Source: Haliotis rufescens
Taxonomy: Eukaryota
Length of the DNA: 64,000 bases
Direction: 5' to 3'
NCBI RefSeq assembly: GCF_023055435.1
Contig: NW_025964001.1
Coordinates: 20,956,001-21,020,000, forward strand
Shown: positions 25,805-37,884 of the stretch, one piece after another
How positions within the stretch are numbered: the first letter of the stretch is position 1
How the letters are laid out: each line of letters starts with the position of its first letter
The notes under the pieces: model-generated
Told to the model about the DNA's origin: nothing
What the model saw: the letters and a program-made list of their open reading frames with translations, nothing else
The model's database searches: none
Made by a program: the position numbers and the translations under genes

Positions 25805-26978
25805 ATTGTAAAAACATGTTCCTAATTGACTTTGTAACATAATATATCAGAGGCTGCAACACACAGAGGTGACAGTACCCCGCTACGGGGCAATGACCGC
25901 CACAAACCAGCTCACCACACAAATTGCTATACATTTGGGGGATAACAAGGGGTGACAATTTGGTAAACAAAAGGGGGAATAACTCAGTTACCAGTTATGT
26001 AATGCATGAAAAGTAGGAAAGAAATTACATAGCAAAGTGCCCTCTTCCCTGCCGCAGATTGGAACAAGCCCAGCACACAAATTGCTATACATTTTAGGGA
26101 TAACTAAAGCATTAAAAGTAGGAAAGAAATATCCCCTAAAGCACTGTTTTACTATTTCTCCCTATGCATACACGTCCATAAAAAAAGTTTAAACCAATTT
26201 TGAGTTAAACAGGATAAACTGTAAGACAATTACACAAGCTCAACACGGCAACATAGTGACATGCATTTTTTTAAAGAACCCGAGATACCTTATATATTTC
26301 CTTCCCGCAAAGGTTTCACAAAGAGATCAATAAACGTAAAAATAGTATAACTCGTGCTTCAAAACAAAAGCACGTCATGTTGAATTAATATGACTTTTTA
26401 GAGATGCTTAAACTTTTATTCATCCACAGGAGACATTGTTTGAAGGACTGAAATATATATCTACATATTGAGTGTCCACATGTTGATACGTATAAACGAC
26501 TTAAAGGAAACAATATTTTTTAATCTGTGTAAAATTAGAATAATTCCTGACAGACACTGCTATTTAAATGACATCCCTGTCTCCTTAACTCCGACTCCCT
26601 CTAATCAGAGAGGTAATATATGTCCAGGCAGACAATGTGTGAAGGTGTACCGAGACATGGTTCTATAAACTGGCGTCCTTCCTGTCACCATGAAGCCCGG
26701 CAGGTGTTTATTTAACAGAGAGATCAATTGGTCCAAAATGAAAGAGTTCATCGCTCGGAATTGTTACATATTCAGTCCATGGTTATAAACAGTCTTCAAT
26801 TTAAATATTAAACAACTGTATAGGTAATACACCTTTTATTATAAACAACAGAAAAGGTCTACGTTTTCATGTTTTATAGCACATATTTCATTAGTATATA
26901 CATGATAAAATATACAATTTATGTACAATTGCATCAACATCATCACAAAATTAACTCTTCTGAATTCTCCTTCAAAAA

Positions 26979-29900
26979 TCATCTTGAACATCTGAAATAA
27001 AATATGAAATATCGTAAAATAATATTGTCAAAGTTTAATTTAATTTCTATATTAAATGATACGTATTTCAAAATGTTTCAGCATTCCTTCTGTACAATCA
27101 TTTTCTTGAAATATTGTCATATCAAGAATGACATGTTAGGGAGCTACAATTTGATAACTCTAACTACTTGCATTACATGTGACTGAAAGAGTGAGAGAAG
27201 GTTGTTTATGGCTGCAGGATTATACCAGCTATACTATGGCGGCCTCCAGACTGGCAAACCAGTGGATGATAGCATGAGCAACACGTCATGGGGAATGTTG
27301 ATACAACTGACCTATTAGTGTGTAGAGTGGTTGACCTGATCCATGGCATCACAAAACCGACAGGTCTGGGACTGGAGGATGTTCCACTGGTGCTAGGCCT
27401 AGAGGAATAACTCTTGGACTCTGAAAAAATAACGGCACATGTCTAAAACAAACATGTCAGCTTTCATGATAACGAGATAACATTTTAAACAACACATTTA
27501 AATGTTACAATGGACAAATCCAAAATCCAATTACAGTAAATTCGACCTTACTAAAAATACATGAACAGGAAAACCAAAAACTCCTACCGAACAAATGAAG
27601 AGCTTTCTATGACCCTCGATTCATTACAAATGTGGATGACTTTGGATTGAAACAAAATCCCGGCAACTTCTTCACTGAATGTGAAAGTAAATGCAATTCA
27701 ACAAGGCGGAGAGGGCTGTGGGGACCTATTCTAACACAGGCCCTCCAGGGTTCAAACACCAATGAAGCCCTGTGTCCTATAAAATGAGTGAGTGTGTAGG
27801 GTTTTGTGTTGCAATTAGCACAATTCCGGCCACATCACAAAAAAACATTAACCCCATCGCCCATGCCTTTTTTTAATCCACCATATCTGTTGTACTCTAG
27901 AACGAGATGTAGCATGTGGACTTCCATATGTAAATGTAAAGATCGGAAACTCAAACACTGACAGAACTTTTTTTCCTTTTTTTGTGCGAAATATAGGAAA
28001 CTGATGTTTGACTACTGACCATCTAGTTGCCCGAGTCTCCTCCTCCTGACGCCATTGATTGTAAGGCGGTTGTGGTGTCTGGCGAGAGGCCTCGCCTCTG
28101 TGTCGGGGCTGCCTAGAGCAGCTGTTCCCCCTGGTGCTAGGGACATGGGGCAGTGTCTCTTGGCTGATGTAGGCAGAGCTGGTGGCTGGTGGACCCTCCT
28201 GGTCGGTATCACAATCTGCACCGGTCTCTTCCGTGAGATGGGGGACAGCGTGGTGGATGACCTTCCAGAGAGAGGTTGGCGAGAAGAGACCTGACCGGAA
28301 GTCCCCGGTTTTTGGGTAGATGTGTTTTTGGATGGCGTTGTCTGGACGGAAGTCCAACTCGCTTTTGTTTTCTGAGAGATTTGAGAGGGAACCTGTACTT
28401 TAGATCTAGCAGATGTGTTTCCGTGGCTATTCTTGCATTTGTTGCTTGTTCTTAAATTATCTGCCTTCTTAAACTGTCAAAACAATAAAAAATGAAGACA
28501 ATCACGAAACACGTTTCATACATAAAGATAAACATCTATACTACTAACTTCTTTAAGTGGCATTTGGAAGTTGGTGTGATGAACATGGGAGATAGTTCTA
28601 TAGATATACAACTTCTTTATTACAATGAATGCGACGTTTCGGTATAGAAGCTTTGCGGCGCGTCTGTCAACTGGGCTAAAAAGGGGGGCAAATTTGTTAT
28701 TATAAGTAATTTTGAAAAAACATATGAATAAGCTGTCGGAAGTTGATGGGTGTGTCGGGCATTGACATACATGTAATAAAAAGAAAGAATATTAATCACC
28801 GAACTTGACTTGTGCAAGTCATTCATCAAGATAAATCCTTGTTTGCCATTTACAAGTGGTATACCTAAACAGTTTGTCTTTATCAACTTTAAATATGTAA
28901 ATAACCTTATTCTCCTTTGATTTCTTTGCACAGCATACCGCCAGACTGTCTCTGTCATTACTGCGTCGCTTCAGTACCCGTGATTTGGTGGTCTTCGAGG
29001 CAGTCTTCTTTTGCTGCCCGAGGCAAGTGCAGCCAGATGCTGTTGACACTTTTGTGATTTTTGATCCGTTAATCTTCCTCCGGTGAGATCTCACAGGACG
29101 AAAGGACGACGTGTCACTCTGTGCAGAGTAAGGGCCGTCTGTAGAGGGTGACTCCGTCTTATCCCAGGATGAATGGGTTTCTGCGTCTGTCGACAGTTAT
29201 ATTTAGATTCATTGATAACTTTATGTGCAGTTAAAAATTTATGTTCTTAAACTACTGCGTCTTGCAACAAACCAGCTTTGTTCGTACTTTTATTTCTGTT
29301 TCAGAAATATCTTTTTGAATATCAGTAGATGCCTGATGTCTTTGTGCGATGAATAGAAGATAGATGGTTTAACATGTTTAGATCATCGAGTTACGCGGCC
29401 AGTAGTGACAATGTCAACCTTTTCAGGTTATGGTCTTTCATCACTTTCATCACTAAATGAAATAATTAACAGGTATTTTGTAAATATTGGCGTGCACTGA
29501 TTGACGACTTTTTTTGTTTCAACTATCATTGTTTATCTGTACCATATATATTAACACTTGTTATTTAAACAATCAAGCATTATTGACTAAATTAGCACTT
29601 GTTACCCACACTACTTTTATATGAACTTTTCAACACGAAAAAAAAGAAAATAACTATGTAATGTTATTTACCTTTACTTTCTACCAACATTACTTCTGCA
29701 ATGTAGGTAGAAAGTGAAAAAAAAACACAATAAAAAGTTCATTTGTTTTTCGTGTAGGAAAGTTCATATAAAGTTTTCTTTTTAGCTACATTACTTCTGC
29801 AAGACCCATGAAAATCGGGGTGAGAATAGGTCTTAAGTAACCCATGCTTGTCGTGAAAGGCGACTAACGGGATCGGGTGGTCAGGCTCGCTGATTTGGTT

Positions 29901-32900
29901 GATTCATGTCATTGTATCCCAATTGCGTGGATCGATGCTCAGATATCAATCACTGGATTGTCTGATCCAGACTCGATTATTTACAGACCGCCGTCATACA
30001 GCTGGAATATTGCTGAGTGCGGCGTTAAACAACAAACAAACAAAACAAAAACCTCTGCAAACCACACGTGTACAATGCGTGAAGCCCACTTCTGCAAACA
30101 TTTAATGGGAACTTCAACATAAAAGTAAGGGACATTATCAACCACTCGCCCAAAGCCTTCTGCCTAAATGTTTTAGGTATCTTTCGGCCAGTGAACATAT
30201 CTCATTTCTAAAAGCTTGCAAATATGCTATAAATATTTGGTGTTTGAAAAACGTCCCCAGTTGCACTGGAAGACTGACTCGGGTGTTCACCTCTTTCACT
30301 GTTGGCAATCTCCCTCTCTAGCCACAAGATTGCTGCGTCCACTGGGTCTGCCGGCTCCCAATGTGAGGCGCCAGTGCTCGAACTATGCTCTGAAAATAGG
30401 TATAGTTGGCGACACTGATACTTTAAATAACGGCATGCTCATGTCAAATCATAATCTATACACCCAGGACTTCCATATCAGTAAACCTACACTAACACAA
30501 ATGCGAGTTCGGGAGTAGACTAATATCTAGTCTCTGAAATGAACATATCTTACAGAAAAAAAGTTATTAAAATATCTTAATAAAATATAATAAAAAGGAG
30601 CCAAGAGACTCTCTTCATTGATACTGCAGTAATATAGACTTGCCAAACATTATAGACTTGCTAGGGCTATATTATAGACTGTAAGACAGAATGGAGCATG
30701 ATGTCAAATATTCCCCACAAAACGCAGTTGATTGTGCATTTCAGTATGAATATGTGACATGAACCAGAAACCCCGTGAATCATATTTGCAATGAAAGCTT
30801 TCTGATGATCTATGTCTATACATTCAGGCGAAAAGGGGAGATGTCTCCTTACCATAGATGTTTGGTGTTAATGGATGAGCGTATGTGTGATCGTTCGTGG
30901 CATATCTGGTATGCGTCTCTGAAAAAGAAAGAGTTCTCCTTAAAATAAGAAGTATCACAAAATGCCACGTTGCATAGTAAGAGTTCCGTTACTGTGAGAG
31001 GTAAGCAGGCCGTATGTGTTTTCGACTTTGGATAACCCGCTATAACACAAATATGGTGCAGACAAACCAAGGATGACATTATGGCAAACGTTAGAATCGA
31101 ACCCACGATCAGAGGACCTTGTACGAAAACGGACCCGACTCTGCAGCGTCTCAGATCACTTGTTCACCCGAATCCCCAAGAAATATATCAAGAGAGTCAC
31201 ACAGATCAAGACAATGTGTGATGTCTTCTACATACCAGCATAAAGAATATCGTTCCCACTGTTTAAGAATGATTAATAAACTTGAAAATAATATTTACCC
31301 CGGACTATACTTGCTATGTGGTTCTCCAGCCATGTAATCGCAGTGTCCACAGGGTTGAGAGCATCAACAGATGCTGAGGAAGCGGCATCACTCTGGGCGA
31401 GGGACCTGGCAGGTGTCTGGGAACTGGAGGTGTGTCTGCTGGACGTACACGATTCTATCTGCTCAGAAGCTTCAAGCAGAAGATTTATTCCAGACGTGGG
31501 TTTGTCAAAGACCGGCGTTGACTCGGACTCTATAACTTCTGCAGCTTGTAGAAGAAGGTCCACTCCGGATAGTGGGTCGGACTGTGGCTCGTTCACAGTC
31601 CCCGAAGGATTAAGGAGACCAATACCTGACACTGGCCAACTGGGAGATGGGTATAGGAATGGTCGATTCCTGTCGGCAGGTGGCGTGTCTATCAATAAAT
31701 AAAATCACTCTTCGTGAATGTAAACATAGAATGCATGACCATGTGTGCTTATAAGCATAGGGCTAAATATTTGTTTGATTTGTCACTTTTTGCTATAACA
31801 AAGGTCGAAACAAATATTTCAACATTGAAATATTAACATCCGCGTAGCAAATAAGCGTTCTGCACTGTGGCACCCGGAATACCAGGGAACGGCATCCGGC
31901 CTACCAGAAGGTGGTTCGCACCCTCTCGAAATGGTGATTCAATGGTACCAGAGCCAGGCGCATTGTCCTCTTTAAAACCATTAAAAAAAAAGAAGATATG
32001 ATTACAATATTGCAAGTCAAGGATACTTTTTCTGCTGTCTATAGATCGGTAAGCGATACCCAATCCGTTAATCTTTTCTTAATTTGTTGAACAAGTAGGA
32101 CGCCACTGCTTTTATCACATGTGTTGAACACTGATGTACACGTTGATGTACGAATTCACTGAAATCGCTATCATGTTCTTTATGTTCATTTGTATAATAG
32201 GTAACAATACTAGTCTTGTACCTCAACCTTAACCCGAAGTAACATGATGTTCGTGAAAAATAATCATCTTCACACCGATTCGGTACCCGTAAACCAATAC
32301 AAAAGGAAATTTACGCCCGCTATACGCTGTGATATGCAGTTCCAGCCACACGTTTTCGATTTGCCTGGATAGGGGAGGTTACTCTAATCATTAATCAAAA
32401 TCAAGGGAAAACTACTCTCATATCAAACTCCAGTAACATTCTCTAAGTACGTACGCTAATCCTTCGTGAGATGAATGTGACACGTTAGGAAACGTACTTT
32501 GAATATGAATTAGACTAATTATTCTCCACGCTTGCCTGCAAGACCTGCGCTTTCTTGTTCTGTTGTCCCACTGTCAAATGTTCGTAATTAAACACAATTC
32601 CCTAAAGACTAAAGCGCGCTATCGGGAAAGTAATTCCTATGGATGTATGTGACGTCATAAACAACAATCGAAGGGCGTCACATTATTGCTAACCTTTTCC
32701 ACTGTGATGGGGAAAATAATCGACAGCTATTGTAGGCAGAAGGTTTATCGAGAAAGAAAAAATATGTTAATATTTACAAACCGAAACGACTTGTAACTTC
32801 CATATAGTTGCCAAAACAATACAAGCGCATTTCATCGACACCATTAATGAATGTACAAAATATATTTAAAATACAGATACATTTGCAAACACGATATTTC

Positions 32901-32962
32901 TATTCTTGTTTTGTATTTCTGGAAATGCTAAAGTTCTTACCTGAACTTTCCACAGAATACAT
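26979..32962 (-). CDS. Orphan multi-exon gene, about 500-aa S/T/P/K-rich disordered protein with two SID-like helices and an HCF-1-binding motif
   Basis: Exons 32941-32962, 31883-31969, 31299-31688, 30853-30918, 30291-30389, 28906(or 28939)-29186, 28020-28473, 27312-27420 and 26979-26991. Each is flanked by polypyrimidine-AG and GT, phases match (1,1,1,1,1,0,1,2) and the frame is open for about 506 codons. AATAAA on the minus strand at about 26835-26840. The exon-2 donor and the last exon are least certain. Confidence 0.65.
29803..30053 (+). mobile_element. SINE-like family C in orphan-gene intron
   Basis: Full length, single-hairpin variant, TSD tctgcaa. Confidence 0.88.
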
Positions 32963-33125
32963 TCTATATTTTATAGCCTTTCTTTTTTATTCTTCAAGTA
33001 AGCAGCGGCTTGTTACGTCCGCACTCGCAGGATGCAAGAGTTAGTCTGTGACGTCACAGATAACAATTGAATGACGTCACATCCAATCTTTGCAATGCTT
33101 ACTGTAAACATGGACAAATAAAGAG
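32640..33125 (-). promoter_or_regulatory. CRE-rich promoter of the orphan gene
   Basis: Perfect TGACGTCA at 33049-33056 (inside the 16-bp palindrome TCTGTGACGTCACAGA), at 33072-33079 and in intron 1 at 32650-32657. CCAAT at about 33083 and FOX-type TGTAAACA at 33103-33110. Confidence 0.55.
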
Positions 33126-33575
33126 TGCAGGGAATCGCATTGCTTCCAACGTCGCGATATTTGATTATAATATTATCTAGCATAGAATTTGGCATTTGCG
33201 TGGTTTGACAAAAATAAACACAAGGCAACAGAGAAACAGACCATTCAACTCTTAATTATGATGTTAGAATGTTTGTGTGATTGATATTACAAGCAACGAT
33301 CCACGTCGTCGGCGTACGGTACCACTCTTGTCAACCAAGTCACTGAGCCTGATTTCATCGCCTTCTACCACAAGCATATGTTGCCAATGACTAATTAACT
33401 GGGGTGGGGTTGGTGGGGCTACCTATGCAATGAATACCACTAAATGGCTAAAAAGGACATGTGTAAGTGACTACTTATCATAACGACGTATTTGACAAAT
33501 CCACACGTTATAACTGAGCCACTTGGACACGCCTGGGATAACTTTGATGAAACTTATAACTGACTGCCATATGAT

Positions 33576-33624
<49 letters not shown>

Positions 33625-33834
33625 CACAGACACAGAGGCGCGCTGGCACGCACATGCACGCACACGAACGCACGCACGAACTGGAGTGATGAAGACATCA
33701 GTCGCATGCGCGTCGCGTGCCATGGAGAAGATCAAAGAATGTATGTGTCAATTTTAGATGCTGGACATGAGCTCTATGGGTGTTTTGCATTCCTTTTATT
33801 CATATCATCTAAAAAAATTCCACATAAAAAAAGC

Positions 33835-34078
33835 TATCACGCCCAACTAGAGGCAACATGGACAGTTACGGGTTTACCGAAATATGGGCTTACATCAATC
33901 AGATATCTTCGCTACAAAACGGTTTAGGAAACATAACACGAACGCCGCATACAACAAAAATTATAAAATTCAAAACGAAATGGCCCCTCAATTTCTAAAA
34001 GAACTTATTCCACACAACGTTGGTGCAAAAATTCATTATAATTTGAAAAATTCTGAAAACATATCAATTCCTCGTTGT
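33835..34078 (+). mobile_element. Degenerate non-LTR (LINE) ORF2 C-terminal fragment
   Basis: QLEATWTVTGLP...YKIQNEMAPQFLKELIP..HYNLKNSENISIPR, typical of LINE RT C-terminal regions; frameshifted. Confidence 0.6.
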
Positions 34079-34580
34079 TTATATACACAAGACGGCATTC
34101 ACTATGGTGTTTTTGAACGGAATCGCCTCCCTTTCGGCCTCAAAAATGCTCCTCAGGCATTTCAACAAGCCATTTCAGGCACTAAAAGAAACGAACTGGC
34201 CTTATATATTAATATAATATTTTCTAAAACGTTTTCATAACATTTGCATCACCTCAAGGCGGTCAAAGAAGCAGGACTCACGCTTAAACCAAGCAAATGT
34301 AAATTCGTAACAAAACAAGCAAACTACTGAGGGCATATCTTCAGCCAAGATGGCATCCATGTCAATCCTTCAACAATAGATTCAGTCACACAGATCCCAC
34401 CCTTAAAAATGTCCTTGACATGCGCCATTTCTTAGGTTTTGCCTCGTATTATAGCAAATTTTTAGCAATCTTTTCTGGCATCGCCTCTCCTCTTCACAAC
34501 TTTCGGAAAAACGACGCGTCTTTCGAATGATCCAGCAATCGAATAGCTAGAGCAGGCCCTTACAACAGCCCTGTATTGAT
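34079..34580 (+). mobile_element. Degenerate Ty3/Gypsy reverse transcriptase fragment
   Basis: NRLPFGLKNAPQAFQ, AGLTLKPSKCKF, GHIFSQDGI and RHFLGFASYYSKF..FSGIASPLH motifs, with stops and frameshifts and no intact YxDD. Confidence 0.85.
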
Positions 34581-34700
34581 GAGGATGGCCATATTGCTGT
34601 CGAGTCTTTTTATTGAGGCGGAGTTTTATATCTTTTCATGCAGATGGAGGCTGAGTTTATTTTATTTACACAACATTATGAGCTGTGTGTGTGTTTTGGT

Positions 34701-34853
34701 NNNNNNNNNNNNNNNNNNNNNNNNNNNNNNNNNNNNNNNNNNNNNNNNNNNNNNNNNNNNNNNNNNNNNNNNNNNNNNNNNNNNNNNNNNNNNNNNNNNN
34801 NNNNNNNNNNNNNNNNNNNNNNNNNNNNNNNNNNNNNNNNNNNNNNNNNNNNN
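34701..34853. other. Assembly gap (N run)
   Basis: Run of n. Confidence 1.
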
Positions 34854-35548
34854 TCTGGATTATGAAGATACCGGTCGCATGCGTGTCGCGTGGAGAGACC
34901 CTCACACTGAATACACTTACTGTATTAATTTTCCTGCACTCAACAGTCACACTTTTTAAATGACCCAAAGGACCATACGAGCTTCATGGAATAACGTCTG
35001 ACTTTCGTACACATTACGCAATTTCAGAGACATACCTCGGGTTTGATTAACTCATTCCCATCCAAGGTTTAGTCACGTTGTCGTGGTGATGGCGGTTTTG
35101 TTCATTTGTCCTTAGTTGTCCTTAATAATAGAACTGATGAACAGTTGTAGTTATTTTATCCGGCTCAAACATGTGTTGAGGTTGTATTTTAGACTTTTTT
35201 TGATGATGATGATCATGTCTGATTCATCTTCTTCTTTCGTTTCGCCTAGTTCCGTACTATATATGAATAAAAAAATCGGCACTGTATGTGTTTTGGAAAA
35301 CAAGATGGCGGCCACCACGAAATCACTGCCGGTTTTTGTTTTCGATCTGGGATCCTTATTCAAAGTTCACTTTCAATTAAATAAAGTATAACTACGTATT
35401 TGGAGGTGAGTGAATAAGAAAGACGTTATGTGGATTAAATTTTTTTTTTTTTTAGGACTAAGAGTCATTTGGCGCTGTAGAAGTGAGCTGTAATTCCCAC
35501 AGAGCACAGTAACAGAGTTTTCTAACGGGACGATCCGCAGTACCTTGT

Positions 35549-35812
35549 AGTGTTTGTCCGTTTGTTTGTTGTTTAACGCCGCACTCACCAATATTCCGGC
35601 TACATGACGGCGGTCTGTAAATAATCGAGTCTGGACCAGTGACTGATATCATGAGCATCGATCCACGCAATTGGGATACGATGACATGCATCAACCAAGT
35701 CAGCGAGCCTGACCACCCGATCCCGTAAGTCGCCGCTCACAACAAGCCTAGTCGCCTTTTACTGCAAAGATTTGTTGCTGAAGACCTATTCTAACCCGGA
35801 TCTTCACGGGTC
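35549..35812 (-). mobile_element. SINE-like family C
   Basis: Full length, TSD accttg. Confidence 0.88.
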
Positions 35813-37377
35813 ACCTTGCATACTGAGACCTCTGATCAAGGATGTGATGGGTGTATGTGTCAAATACATGTGTTTAATTAACGCCTAACATCACAACAGT
35901 CATTAATATTCAAATAGATATATATTAAGGCGGCCTGTAAATAGTCCACACGGGGTCAGACCCCCAAATCACTGCACATCGCATACCTCCAATGGTCATG
36001 GATGGCAATTTACATGTAAGTGTAACGTTCTGTGACAAAGTTATCTGTTCTCGCGTCCTCCCGTTCCTTCAGACCCATGGACTTCACATGGCTTTACAGA
36101 CTTTACAGACTTTACGTTGCTCGTGTGTATGGGCGGCCATTCGGTCAAAAAATACAAAGTTAAAAAAAAAGGACAAAAGTACGTAATTAAGGCCAAATAT
36201 TACGAATAAGGAACTTAATGTTACTACTAAAGATCAAAATACAATATTAGTAGTCAAATGTTACGAAAAGACGTCATAAGAAAAGAAAGAACAACTTGTA
36301 CGAAAGTGAGCACGAAAGGACGTTTTCAATAAAGAACGTCAGTGAGCACGAAAGGACGTTGACAATAAAGAACGCCAGATGGCGCTGCAATTTGTAAAAC
36401 ATTCGGAGTTTAATCGGCTTGTTCCGCCGTGTATAGTATATGATAACTGCATGCCGAGGTGCACAATGTATTACGTCATTCCTCGTGCACTCACCGTCTG
36501 ACGTCACACATGTAAATGTGGATGTAAACAAGCGAAATAAATATGGTTTCTGAGACTTCACGCCACATGCCACCTGAGATGACGTTTACAGAGGACCTGT
36601 GTTGACACTGTCGTGATTCATGCTTCTTGCACCTCAAAATAATGCTCTTCCAAAACCATTCTATGTTTTCATTTATTTATTAATTCCCATGATAGTCATT
36701 GATGCACAGAACTATTTTCCCTCAACTATATTGACAGCTTTCCATGCATCTATAGATATATGATATGCGGCGGATACTGGTCGTTGGTATTACAGCCACC
36801 CCGCGTGTGTGCAAGCAGTAACATATGATGTCTGATATTCAGGATTTGGTTCCCTGACCTGATCACTGCACGTTCCTCAAGTCTGGGGCGGCTGGGTAGC
36901 TTTGTGATAAAAGCGTTCGCTCGTTCGATTCCCCATATGCGTACAATCTATGAGGCCCCTTTATGGTGTTGCTAGAGTATTTCAAAAAGTGTAAAACCAT
37001 ATTCACTCACTCATTTCCCAAGTCACCAAAGCTTGCATATCTTACTGACTTACCACAGCGAAGACATTTGCTCAACTGACTGAATCTTTTTGTGGATGCC
37101 ATCATGTATTGTCCACAGTGTTCACTATCACGCAATTCCATCTATGTGAGGCTTAGAAATTATCAATCAACCCTCGAATGTTATTTCTAAAGGAAGCTGA
37201 TGACATAGTTGTTTACACATTCTTGTAGCTGTTACTAGAACAAGATAATTATATGTGTTGATGTACCAAAGGTACCCTTGTGACGATCCGTGAAATAAGG
37301 TGAACTTATCTATCATTTATGTAACTCACATTCACATTCAGTGCACAGAGCGTAGAAGCTTCCGCCACAATACACGA

Positions 37378-37657
37378 TCGACCGACCATTTGATATTATT
37401 GGTGGGATGGGGCCCTGTCATTTTGTATGGAGACGAGATCTTTTTTCAGCTATAGCTGCAAAACCAGATATTTAAAAAAATAAATTAAACTATGAGCCTA
37501 AATATTTTTTTAAAGGAAACAAATTACATGAATATTTTTCGTGGCAGACAATTTCTGTTATTTTCAACAGTCTGAGGCATAATTATGTTTTTAAGAACTT
37601 TCTACCACAATTTATATTTTTCGATAAAACTCCATCAAATCAAATGGTCGGTTCCTT
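37378..37657. mobile_element. MITE with short TIRs
   Basis: ACCGACCATTTGAT at the left end and ATCAAATGGTCGGT at the right end. Confidence 0.6.
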
Positions 37658-37839
37658 ATGCGAATGCGTGACTGAATTGAACAGTATGTGAACCTTGAGT
37701 GCTTAACCTGCTAGGTGGATATCTTCGAAAACAGACCGTCTCCGTGGATAACGCGTCTGCCCGGAGAGCGGAAGGTCTGTGTTTCGATACCCGGCCGCGT
37801 CATACCAAACGACGTTAAAAGAGGGTTGTTGTCACCCTT

Positions 37840-37884
<45 letters not shown>

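Noticed and set aside
27848-28357. 169-aa ORF MDFRPDNAIQ... as the orphan gene's reading frame
   Set aside because: Splice phases at 28473 and 28020 select the other frame, the one containing ORF 28012-28221.
35030-35363. Possible additional upstream exon of the orphan gene
   Set aside because: A donor-like site exists but no matching acceptor or frame was found, and an assembly gap intervenes.
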